Assembly (NCBI GenBank): GCA_947501025.1
Contig: CANMUM010000003.1
Coordinates: 68,683 to 132,682 of the forward strand
DNA length: 64,000 bases
From: an uncultured Rhodobacteraceae bacterium
Lineage (GTDB): Bacteria; Pseudomonadota; Alphaproteobacteria; Rhodobacterales; Rhodobacteraceae
Direction of reading: 5' to 3'
A model generated the notes under the pieces. The model ran no database searches, had not been told where the DNA came from, and saw only the letters and a list, made by a program, of their open reading frames with translations. This document shows positions 18,538 through 26,596 of the stretch, in pieces (position 1 is the first letter of the stretch; each line of letters begins with the position of its first letter). The position numbers and the translations under genes were made by a program.

Positions 18538-19176
18538 TTACTCACCTGTAGCGACGAGTTCCCAATTCGGGTTTTCAGTTCCCATGATGCGAGCGAATTG
18601 CCAATGATCGATTTCTATTTCAACCTTGTTCTTTTCACCCTCTATGATTTTGCCTGTTGCATCATAAATAACTCGGTTTAATTCCGCGATATATTCTACA
18701 CCCAAAGTCAACTCACCAGTAGCCTCATCAAAATCCGCTGTTTTCAGCTCGATATCTTTAATACCAATGAATTTAGCTTCAATGTTATGGCCAGCTTTTT
18801 CACGCGCGGTAATTGCATCTTGAAATCCTTCATAAACAGCTGGATCAACAAAGGCTTTGACCTTTTCGATATTGCCCTCAAGAAAGCTCATCAAAATCAT
18901 TTCATATGCTGCCTTTGAACCTATCAAAAATTTATCAACTCGGAAACCTGATTCCACCTGACGCGCACGTGCAATCACCGCAGAAATTTCATCGCTTTCT
19001 AAAACTTCCATTTCAGGTTCAGGCTCCGCCACAGTCTCGACAAGCTTGAGATCAGGCTTCTTAGCTTTTAGCTCAGGCTCATGACCATCACGCTTACCAA
19101 GCTCACGCATCAAACGCATGAAAATGACAACCGCCAAAATCAACAATATAATTATTTGAAAACTTCCGTCGCCCAT
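18538..19176 (-). CDS. Tim44-like domain membrane protein
   Basis: An N-terminal TM (IIILLILAVVIFMRLM) is followed by a Tim44-like C-terminal domain (FLIGSKAAYEMILMSFLEGN...HWQFAR...NPNWELVAT). The start is taken at ATG 19176, preceded by AAGGAGAG. Confidence 0.8.
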   Translation of the reverse strand: MGDGSFQIIILLILAVVIFMRLMRELGKRDGHEPELKAKKPDLKLVETVAEPEPEMEVLESDEISAVIARARQVESGFRVDKFLIGSKAAYEMILMSFLEGNIEKVKAFVDPAVYEGFQDAITAREKAGHNIEAKFIGIKDIELKTADFDEATGELTLGVEYIAELNRVIYDATGKIIEGEKNKVEIEIDHWQFARIMGTENPNWELVATGE

Positions 19177-19270
19177 AACTGTGGCTCTCCTTACTTGAAA
19201 CGCAATCACTTACATCTTACTTAGGTATTTGAGAGATAAATTCCAACCCAAAAGGTCAAAGCAAATACAA

Positions 19271-19699
19271 ATGCGCATTCTTTTTCTTATCATAGCCTAT
19301 ATTTTTATAGAAATCGCTCTTTTTTCAGCATTAGGCGGTGCAATTGGCGTCCCTCCAGTCTTAGTCTGCGTTGCGCTTGGATTTTTTGTGGGGCGATATT
19401 TCATCGTACGAAGCGGTCACAATACCAAAAATTGGTTGCGTGAAGCACAATCAGGCTCAATGAATACAAATATGTCTGGACAAATTGCAATGATGATTGG
19501 CGGCTTGCTTATCATCCTACCAGGCTTTTTTACAGACACACTCGGCCTATTATTGATTTTTCCTCCAACAAGACAGCTGCTATCAAAAATGACTCTATTT
19601 AAATTTGAAGGCTCTCTCTATACTCCAAACCCAAATCACAAAACCCATGCTGACGATATCATCGAAGGAGAAGTTTTAGAAAGTGATCGCGAGCAATAA
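19271..19699 (+). CDS. fxsA: FxsA-family membrane protein
   Basis: It reads MRILFLIIAYIFIEIALFSALGGAIG... and has LPGFFTDTLGLLLIFPPTR. The start is taken at the internal ATG 19271. Confidence 0.8.
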   Translation: MRILFLIIAYIFIEIALFSALGGAIGVPPVLVCVALGFFVGRYFIVRSGHNTKNWLREAQSGSMNTNMSGQIAMMIGGLLIILPGFFTDTLGLLLIFPPTRQLLSKMTLFKFEGSLYTPNPNHKTHADDIIEGEVLESDREQ

Positions 19700-19796
19700 T
19701 TCCATGAGATCACTTGCATAACTTTCTCTATTTGTTACTGATAATCCATAATTTAAAATTGCGCTTTTTTGCGTATAAAACAAAAAAGAGGACATA

Positions 19797-20255
19797 ATGG
19801 CCGAAGAAAAGAAACCAACACCAAAAGTACAATTGATGTCTACATATATAAAAGACATGTCATTTGAAAACATTGGCCTACAAAATGGCTATATTGCGAA
19901 GAAACAACCGCAATTTGAAATGAACATCAATATCAACAACAAGAAAATTTCTGATGATGTGGTTGAGGTTTCACTCAACATTAAAGTGAAAGCGACTGAA
20001 GGTGAGCAAACAATCTTTATGCTTGATCTTGATCACGCTGGCCGCTTCACATTAACCGATATTGAAGAAACGCAACGGGTTCCTTTCCTTTACATCGAGT
20101 GCCCGCGTCTATTGTTCCCCTACACGCGTCGCATTGTTTCAACAATTACACTTGATGGTGGTTTGATGCCACTTAACTTGGACCACATTGATTTCGTAAA
20201 AATGTTCCAAAACTCAGTTGACGCAGCGCGCGCAAAAGCCGAACAAAAGAACTAA
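19797..20255 (+). CDS. secB: Protein-export chaperone SecB
   Basis: The 152-aa protein contains YIKDMSFENIG, FMLDLDHAGRFTL and CPRLLFPYTRRIVS. Confidence 0.9.
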   Translation: MAEEKKPTPKVQLMSTYIKDMSFENIGLQNGYIAKKQPQFEMNININNKKISDDVVEVSLNIKVKATEGEQTIFMLDLDHAGRFTLTDIEETQRVPFLYIECPRLLFPYTRRIVSTITLDGGLMPLNLDHIDFVKMFQNSVDAARAKAEQKN

Positions 20256-20275
20256 TTTTATTAGAAATTTCCGTT

Positions 20276-20306
20276 AAAAGGCCGCAATCATATGCGGCCT
20301 TTTTTA
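20276..20306. terminator. Bidirectional hairpin terminator between convergent secB and purQ
   Basis: AAAAGGCCGCA-ATCATA-TGCGGCCTTTTTT. The T-tract overlaps the purQ stop codon. Confidence 0.6.
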
Positions 20307-21065
20307 TTTAAGTGTCTTATAAGCGTTTGCGAATATTTGTGCCGCAGGCGTTAAGCCATCAAGATCAAATTCAACGCCCGAACGCTTTGCAAGCTCTGCA
20401 GCCTTCATTGCATCAGCTCGGTGCCAATTGAAAAAGCCACGCTCAGGATGCGGCATCATCGCCAATACGCGCCCATCATGTGCAATCACCCCAGCGGTAT
20501 CGGCTTCTGCACCATTTGGGTTAATCGGATAAGCACCAGCTGCAAGCTCACCATTTTCATCGACATATTGCAAACCAATTTCAGCATGATCACCGCCAAA
20601 CAAGTGCCCCTCACCATGTGCCACGGGAACAGGAATAATATCGCCTTTCTTAAAAAATGCGCTATCTTGAGACGCCTTTAGATTTACCCACCGACATTCA
20701 TAATGACCGCCCGCATTTTCGCGAAAGCCCCATTTGCTCTCACCAATCATTCCAAGTCGCAGCAATAATTGGCAACCATTACAAATACCCAAGACCAAAT
20801 TTTTCTTTTCAACGAATGTTTTGAGAACATCTTCTAAACGACGCATTTGCTCAGCCAAAACGAACGCCGCCCCTGCGTGATCACCATAAGAAAATCCGCC
20901 TGGAAATAGCAAAAATCTTGCATCATCAAGAGCACTGGAATCTTGAAGGAGGTCAACGATGTGGATGATCGTTGCATCAAAGCCAACATGATTGAGCGCG
21001 GCAGCACTCTCGCGTTCACAGTTAATTCCTGCGCCTGTTAATACGACTGCTCTTGGATTGCTCAT
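20304..21065 (-). CDS. purQ: Phosphoribosylformylglycinamidine synthase, glutaminase subunit PurQ
   Basis: This class I amidotransferase has the nucleophile elbow GICNGCQLL and MMPHPER. Its ATG overlaps the purL stop by 4 nt. Confidence 0.9.
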   Translation of the reverse strand: MSNPRAVVLTGAGINCERESAAALNHVGFDATIIHIVDLLQDSSALDDARFLLFPGGFSYGDHAGAAFVLAEQMRRLEDVLKTFVEKKNLVLGICNGCQLLLRLGMIGESKWGFRENAGGHYECRWVNLKASQDSAFFKKGDIIPVPVAHGEGHLFGGDHAEIGLQYVDENGELAAGAYPINPNGAEADTAGVIAHDGRVLAMMPHPERGFFNWHRADAMKAAELAKRSGVEFDLDGLTPAAQIFANAYKTLK

Positions 21066-23929
21066 TTTTGGCCTCCATATCCGCCTGCGAAGTAATAACC
21101 GCGCATATCCTGAACGCTCATCACATCTTCATCAATTTTTACTGTATCTGACTTAACCTCGCCGATGATAACAAAATCATCATCAAGTTTGTCACGTCTT
21201 GCAGGATCAATACTGACCAAGAAGCCGCTATCAAATTCCGCAAATGCGCCCAGATGATCACAGCGCAATTCTTGTGGAATAGACACATCAACACCAAGTT
21301 CGGATGCCATCGCACAGCGCATCAATGCAAAGCCAATCCCGCCAAGACCAAACGCCTCCACAGAAGCCAAATTGCCATCTGCAATATGGTTAGCCATCCT
21401 CGCATAAGATGCAGAATGATCCGTTTTGGGTGTGGCGCTGGCAGCACCGCCATCTTGGCGTTCTTGATCAATTTGCGAGCGCGTTAGCTTATTGGCATTG
21501 GGCATATAAAGGGCAATGAGATCGCCCTCAGCCTTAAACTCAAAACTCGCAATTGAAGCACAATCATCAATGATACCCATAGATGAAACGAGCAAAGTCG
21601 GAAGCGCATTGATCTCTACCTTCTCACCGTTTTTATCAAAACCACGGAAATCATTATACATAGAATCCTTGCCTGAAATAATTGGTGCGCTATGATCCAT
21701 GGCTGCTTCATATAAGCCACGATTTGTTTCTTTGAGCTGAAGCAAGCGCTCCTTGCTTTCTGGCTTTGACCAACAAAAATTATCCAAGATAGCAATCTTC
21801 TCTGGATTCGCACCACCCGCAATCAAGCGACGGATCGAAAGATCAACCGACGCATAGCCTGCCATAAATGGATCAGCCTCAGTGAGATACGGCATCATGG
21901 CTTGCGACAAAGCAACACCTTCTCTCATATCCCAAACAGGGCGTAACGCGCTCACCATATTTTCAACATCACCAATCAACGGTTTGAGTGCTGACTTGCC
22001 TTGAACCTCGTGATCATAACGGCGGAAAATCGCAGCACGCGAACGGAAATTATCCATAGCCAAAACATCTGCCATTTTGGGCGCAGCTTTGGAACGTGCA
22101 GGCGTTACAACCATCGCACCTTTTGATGAATATGTACGCGCAGGTTCACCCTCGTGCAGGAACTCCATCTCGATGGTTCCGAGTTCATGACCATCATAGC
22201 AAAGTCGTAACATCCCATCATCGCGGAATTTACCCAAGCGTTGTGCCGATACATTATAATGCGCGAAAAGCTCTTCAAATTTTTCGGCGTTCTCTGGCGG
22301 AACAGATGCAATCATTCGCTCTTGGCTTTCTGAAATCCAGATTTCCCACGGAGCCAGCCCTGGGTATTTAAGCGCAACCTTTTCAAGCCAAACTTCGGCA
22401 CCGCCCGCGCCCTCTGCCATCTCGCCAATAGATGATGACAAGCCACCCGCGCCGTTATCCGTGATGGCGTGATATAAACCCATATCACGCGCCTTAAACA
22501 ACACATCTTGAAGATTTTTTTGTGTAATTGGATCACCAATTTGAACGGCAGTCGCAGGTGAATTGTGATCAAGCTCTACGGATGAAAAGGTTGCGCCGTG
22601 AATACCGTCAAAGCCAACATGATTACCAAATACATAGATATAATCGCCTGGGCGCGCGCGTTTATCAACTGACTGCTGAACGCCTTCTGGGCCGTTCACT
22701 TCACGTGGCAAAATTCCTAGCGTGCCACAATACACAAGCGGCTTGCCACGGAAACTTGGATCTTCATAAAGGAAACCTTGAACGGTCGGGATGCCTGAGT
22801 GATTGCCACCCTCTTCAATGCCCTTGATCACACCATCGGCAAGATCATGTGACGTTGGCAACGGGTTGCTCCCATCATTTTGGCGAAAGAACTCGCGTGT
22901 ATCATCGCGTGAAGGCAGGCAATATCCAAACACATTTGCCAATGGTTCAGCACCCATGCCAAAGCCAAGGCAATCACGGTTCACGCCCAAAACGCCCGTC
23001 ATCGCGCCACCATATGGATCAAGTGCGGAAGGGGAATTATGGGTCTCGACTTTGAACGCCAAAACATAATCTCCAAATGCAATTCCACCAGCATTGTCAT
23101 GAAAAACAGATAGGCAGAAACCCGGTTTCTTTTGCAAAATTTGATCGGTTGCTGATTTGATATAACGTCGAAAGATGCCTTCGGTAACCTCATCAATACT
23201 CGCAGCGAAGAAACGGTGCTTACAATGCTCAGACCAGCTTTGAGCGAATGTCTCAAGCTCGATATCAGAAATCTCACGACCAAGTGCGCGGTATTTATCA
23301 CGCAGACAATGGAGGTCGTCCAAACCCAGACCAAGTGGCCCACGATACCGAATTCCATTTGGTGTGTCTTCGGCTATGCCACGTTTGGAAAGTTCGATCA
23401 GCTGCTCATCCGAAACTTCCAAATCAACAGTTATAGACATCGGTTGATCGACAAGTTCGATACTCGGTATTGTGGTATCAAACCCTGAAGCCATCCACTT
23501 AGAGCTTGGCAAAATCTCAACAAATTCGATCAATGGATTGTAAAGTGCTTCCGCATCCGCGGTCGTCGCCACACCATAAATACGTCCTGACGTTATGGCT
23601 ATTTCATCTGACCAATATTGGGTATTTTTGCGTGTATCGGCATATCCCAAAAGCTGCGCCACAGATTTTGCCACATTATCAGTCACCCCCGCACGAAATC
23701 GTACTTCGGCGATATAAGGATGCCCGATATCAACATTCGGGCGAACCCAATCGTTATTCGATTTATACCCACCCGAATATGTTTTTATATCGGTCAAGCT
23801 GTCTTTGAATGACGCTAATGCTTCTGTTGAGATATTCCCGCTGAAACGATAGCCGTAACCAAGGAACTTTGTCTTACCTGCATCGGCATTGGCCGAAGTG
23901 AGGTCGATGATGTCGATGCGAGTAGCCAA
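21062..23929 (-). CDS. purL: Phosphoribosylformylglycinamidine synthase subunit PurL with an N-terminal PurS-like extension
   Basis: The 955-aa protein has a TTG start preceded by GGAG. The small-PurL core begins near ...SDEQLIELSK...ELETFAQSWSEHCKH. The preceding ~165 aa include a PurS-like segment (YIAEVRFRAGVTDNVAKSVAQLLGY...ALYNPLIEFVEI). Confidence 0.9.
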   Translation of the reverse strand: MATRIDIIDLTSANADAGKTKFLGYGYRFSGNISTEALASFKDSLTDIKTYSGGYKSNNDWVRPNVDIGHPYIAEVRFRAGVTDNVAKSVAQLLGYADTRKNTQYWSDEIAITSGRIYGVATTADAEALYNPLIEFVEILPSSKWMASGFDTTIPSIELVDQPMSITVDLEVSDEQLIELSKRGIAEDTPNGIRYRGPLGLGLDDLHCLRDKYRALGREISDIELETFAQSWSEHCKHRFFAASIDEVTEGIFRRYIKSATDQILQKKPGFCLSVFHDNAGGIAFGDYVLAFKVETHNSPSALDPYGGAMTGVLGVNRDCLGFGMGAEPLANVFGYCLPSRDDTREFFRQNDGSNPLPTSHDLADGVIKGIEEGGNHSGIPTVQGFLYEDPSFRGKPLVYCGTLGILPREVNGPEGVQQSVDKRARPGDYIYVFGNHVGFDGIHGATFSSVELDHNSPATAVQIGDPITQKNLQDVLFKARDMGLYHAITDNGAGGLSSSIGEMAEGAGGAEVWLEKVALKYPGLAPWEIWISESQERMIASVPPENAEKFEELFAHYNVSAQRLGKFRDDGMLRLCYDGHELGTIEMEFLHEGEPARTYSSKGAMVVTPARSKAAPKMADVLAMDNFRSRAAIFRRYDHEVQGKSALKPLIGDVENMVSALRPVWDMREGVALSQAMMPYLTEADPFMAGYASVDLSIRRLIAGGANPEKIAILDNFCWSKPESKERLLQLKETNRGLYEAAMDHSAPIISGKDSMYNDFRGFDKNGEKVEINALPTLLVSSMGIIDDCASIASFEFKAEGDLIALYMPNANKLTRSQIDQERQDGGAASATPKTDHSASYARMANHIADGNLASVEAFGLGGIGFALMRCAMASELGVDVSIPQELRCDHLGAFAEFDSGFLVSIDPARRDKLDDDFVIIGEVKSDTVKIDEDVMSVQDMRGYYFAGGYGGQK

Positions 23930-23937
23930 AGGAACTC

Positions 23938-24441
23938 CTATTCTTGAGGGTGTGAAGTGCCCGGATCAGAAATTTCTGTACGGAATTTTGAGAGTGTTTT
24001 TGCATGTTTTTCATCAGACATGGCAAGCATTTGCAAAGCCAAAACAGCCGAGTTGCGTGCACCATGTGAACCCACGGCAACAGTTGCAACAGGCAGCCCG
24101 AAAGGCATCTGAACCATGGACAATAATGCATCAACACCGTCCATTACGCCGCCCTTCATCGGGCATGCAATCACTGGCTTATGTGTTAGTGATGCAACCA
24201 CACCACCTAAATGCGCAGCAAGACCCGCCGCACAAATGAATAGCTTCGCAGAAGTTCCGCTCACATATTCCTCAACTTGTACAGGATTTCTATGCGCAGA
24301 TAAAACACGCACTTGAAAGGGAATTCCAAGTTCTTCAAGTTTTGCTGTACAATTTTTCATAACTGGCCAATCAGAATTTGAGCCCATCAAAACCGCGACT
24401 TCTGGCTGATCCGAATTATCATATTTCATTTTCTCAAGCAT
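23938..24441 (-). CDS. purE: N5-carboxyaminoimidazole ribonucleotide mutase (class I-type PurE)
   Basis: Motifs seen are VAVLMGSNSDW, LSAHRNP, AAGLAAHLGG and SMVQMPFGLPVATVAVG. Confidence 0.9.
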   Translation of the reverse strand: MLEKMKYDNSDQPEVAVLMGSNSDWPVMKNCTAKLEELGIPFQVRVLSAHRNPVQVEEYVSGTSAKLFICAAGLAAHLGGVVASLTHKPVIACPMKGGVMDGVDALLSMVQMPFGLPVATVAVGSHGARNSAVLALQMLAMSDEKHAKTLSKFRTEISDPGTSHPQE

Positions 24442-24450
24442 ACTACACCT

Positions 24451-25338
24451 TTAAAATTTGTTAGTGATTTCAGTTACAATTTTATAGTTGACGAGGACCT
24501 TGTCTAGATCGTCACCATCGCGAAAGCCTTGCTTATCTAGTTGAGCTTTTGGATCGCCTTTTGGCCAAATACGCCAACTGTCATTATCAATCACGTCGGC
24601 GATCACAAGTTCTCCATTGTCCTTACGGCGACCAATTTCAAACTTAATATCAACAAGTGCAATGGGTGCATTTGTATCATCTACATTGGCAAGTTTTTCT
24701 TCCAATAACGCAAAAGCTGGTTTGAGTAGTTTGTTCCAAATCAAATCAAGATCAGCATCAGTTAGCTCTGCAGCTATCGTTGCAATAGGCTCTCCTTCAA
24801 TGGGCGCTTTTGCACTATAAATATGCCAATCATCGCCATCTGCCTTTACATATGGATCAGTATAAATACCCTCGGGCCATCCCGCATCGGTAAGATATTT
24901 ATCACGTGCGTCATTTTCACTCATGCGCGTTACATCTGCTGTTGTAGGAGGTGTTACAAAGCAAGCCTTATGAAAAACCTCTGTTAGTGGTTCTTCAAAG
25001 CGATGCCCAGCTTCTAGATTTGGATTGCGTTTAAGAAAACTTCCATATGCAAATCGGCGCATAACAAACTCGATCGGAAGCATGTCAACAGCATGACAAC
25101 GAATGGCGATTGGAGATGCGATGTCAACAAAAGCTGTTGGAATTCCTGCCTTTTCAAATAATGTGAAATTATTCGCACATTGTGTCGTTTTTTCCGAACC
25201 AATAGATCCGATCTCAGCGATTTTTGCTGCATCACCTGCTGTAAGGCGGTCGATTGCTTCCAAGATCACATAGCTTGGATTGTTATCAACGAATACTTGT
25301 TTTGTTTTGCCTGAGGCAATCAACTTTCGTTCACTCAT
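24451..25338 (-). CDS. purC: Phosphoribosylaminoimidazole-succinocarboxamide synthase (long, ~295-aa form)
   Basis: MSERKLIASGKTKQVF... is the SAICAR synthase N-terminus, and DIKFEIG is present. The start is taken at ATG 25338 (GGAG RBS), 1 nt after the purD stop. Confidence 0.9.
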   Translation of the reverse strand: MSERKLIASGKTKQVFVDNNPSYVILEAIDRLTAGDAAKIAEIGSIGSEKTTQCANNFTLFEKAGIPTAFVDIASPIAIRCHAVDMLPIEFVMRRFAYGSFLKRNPNLEAGHRFEEPLTEVFHKACFVTPPTTADVTRMSENDARDKYLTDAGWPEGIYTDPYVKADGDDWHIYSAKAPIEGEPIATIAAELTDADLDLIWNKLLKPAFALLEEKLANVDDTNAPIALVDIKFEIGRRKDNGELVIADVIDNDSWRIWPKGDPKAQLDKQGFRDGDDLDKVLVNYKIVTEITNKF

Positions 25339-25339
25339 T

Positions 25340-26596
25340 TCAATTCTCCGTTTTTCCGATATCTTTGCGGAACTGCATCCCAGCAAAATCTAGTTTTTCA
25401 ATTTTAGCATAAGCATCTGCGCGAGCAGCGTCGATATCAACACCTTTTCCAAGAATGTTCAAAACGCGGCCGCCATTCACCGCCCATTTATCGCCATCTT
25501 TTTTGGTACCAGCATGGAAATAATCCGCGCCCACTTCAAGATGGCCAAGTCCTGATATTTCCGCGCCTTTTTTCGGTGCTTCAGGATAACCTTCCGCAGC
25601 AAGCACAACATTAATGCGGACTGTTTCAATGTCGGCTTTCGGTGTTGTCGCTGCCCCATTTGCGGCATCATAGAAAAGCTCAAAAACATCGCAATCAAGT
25701 GCATCCAAAACAACCTGCGTTTCAGGGTCGCCCATGCGGACATTATATTCAAGTAGTTTTGGCCCTTCTGGCGTCAACATCAATCCTGCAAATAAGAAAC
25801 CCGAAAATGGTGTGTGACGCTTTTTCATTTCATCAAGACTTGGCTCAATAATATTTTGCATGATCTGTTTTTCAAGCTCCGCCGTGAATTCAACCACAGG
25901 CGTAAATGCACCCATACCACCTGTATTTGGGCCTTCGTCATTATCAAAAATACGTTTATGGTCGCGTGAAGCTGCAAGTGGGTGGGCATTGCCCTTTGCA
26001 TCAACAAGGACAAAAAAGCTAATCTCTGGCCCTGTCATAAAGTCCTCAATGACAACACATTTCCCCGCATCGCCAAAAGCTGTACCTGCAATATAGGACT
26101 TCACCCAAGTTTCGGCATCTGCTCTGTCCTCGCAAATGACGACACCTTTACCGCCAGCAAGACCATCTGTTTTAAGAACGATTGGCATTGACCGCGTCGC
26201 CAGATATTCAAGCGCCTTATCTTCATCTGTGAAGCTTTTCGATGCAGCACATGGCACATCCGCGTCAAATAAAACGGACTTCAAAAAGTCTTTTGAGCCT
26301 TCAAGCGCTGCGGCGGCCTTAGAACATCCCAGCACCGAAATACCTGCTGCGCGCAATATATCAGACTGCCCCTCGACAAGCTCCGTTTCTCCACCAAAAA
26401 TAACCAAATCAATCTTATTCGCCTTACAGAACTCAGCGCATGTTGCACCGTCCATTTTGGGAACAATAGTCGCAATAACGCTCAGCCCATCAGATCCAGG
26501 GCTTACAAAAATAGTCCCAACTTTCGGTGATTTTTGAATTGCATAAGCAAATGCGCTTTCACGCCCACCTGAACCGATGATCAAAACATTCTTCAT
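25340..26596 (-). CDS. purD: Phosphoribosylamine-glycine ligase
   Basis: It reads MKNVLIIGSGGRESAFAYAI..., has an ATP-grasp core, and has GDPETQ. Confidence 0.95.
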   Translation of the reverse strand: MKNVLIIGSGGRESAFAYAIQKSPKVGTIFVSPGSDGLSVIATIVPKMDGATCAEFCKANKIDLVIFGGETELVEGQSDILRAAGISVLGCSKAAAALEGSKDFLKSVLFDADVPCAASKSFTDEDKALEYLATRSMPIVLKTDGLAGGKGVVICEDRADAETWVKSYIAGTAFGDAGKCVVIEDFMTGPEISFFVLVDAKGNAHPLAASRDHKRIFDNDEGPNTGGMGAFTPVVEFTAELEKQIMQNIIEPSLDEMKKRHTPFSGFLFAGLMLTPEGPKLLEYNVRMGDPETQVVLDALDCDVFELFYDAANGAATTPKADIETVRINVVLAAEGYPEAPKKGAEISGLGHLEVGADYFHAGTKKDGDKWAVNGGRVLNILGKGVDIDAARADAYAKIEKLDFAGMQFRKDIGKTEN

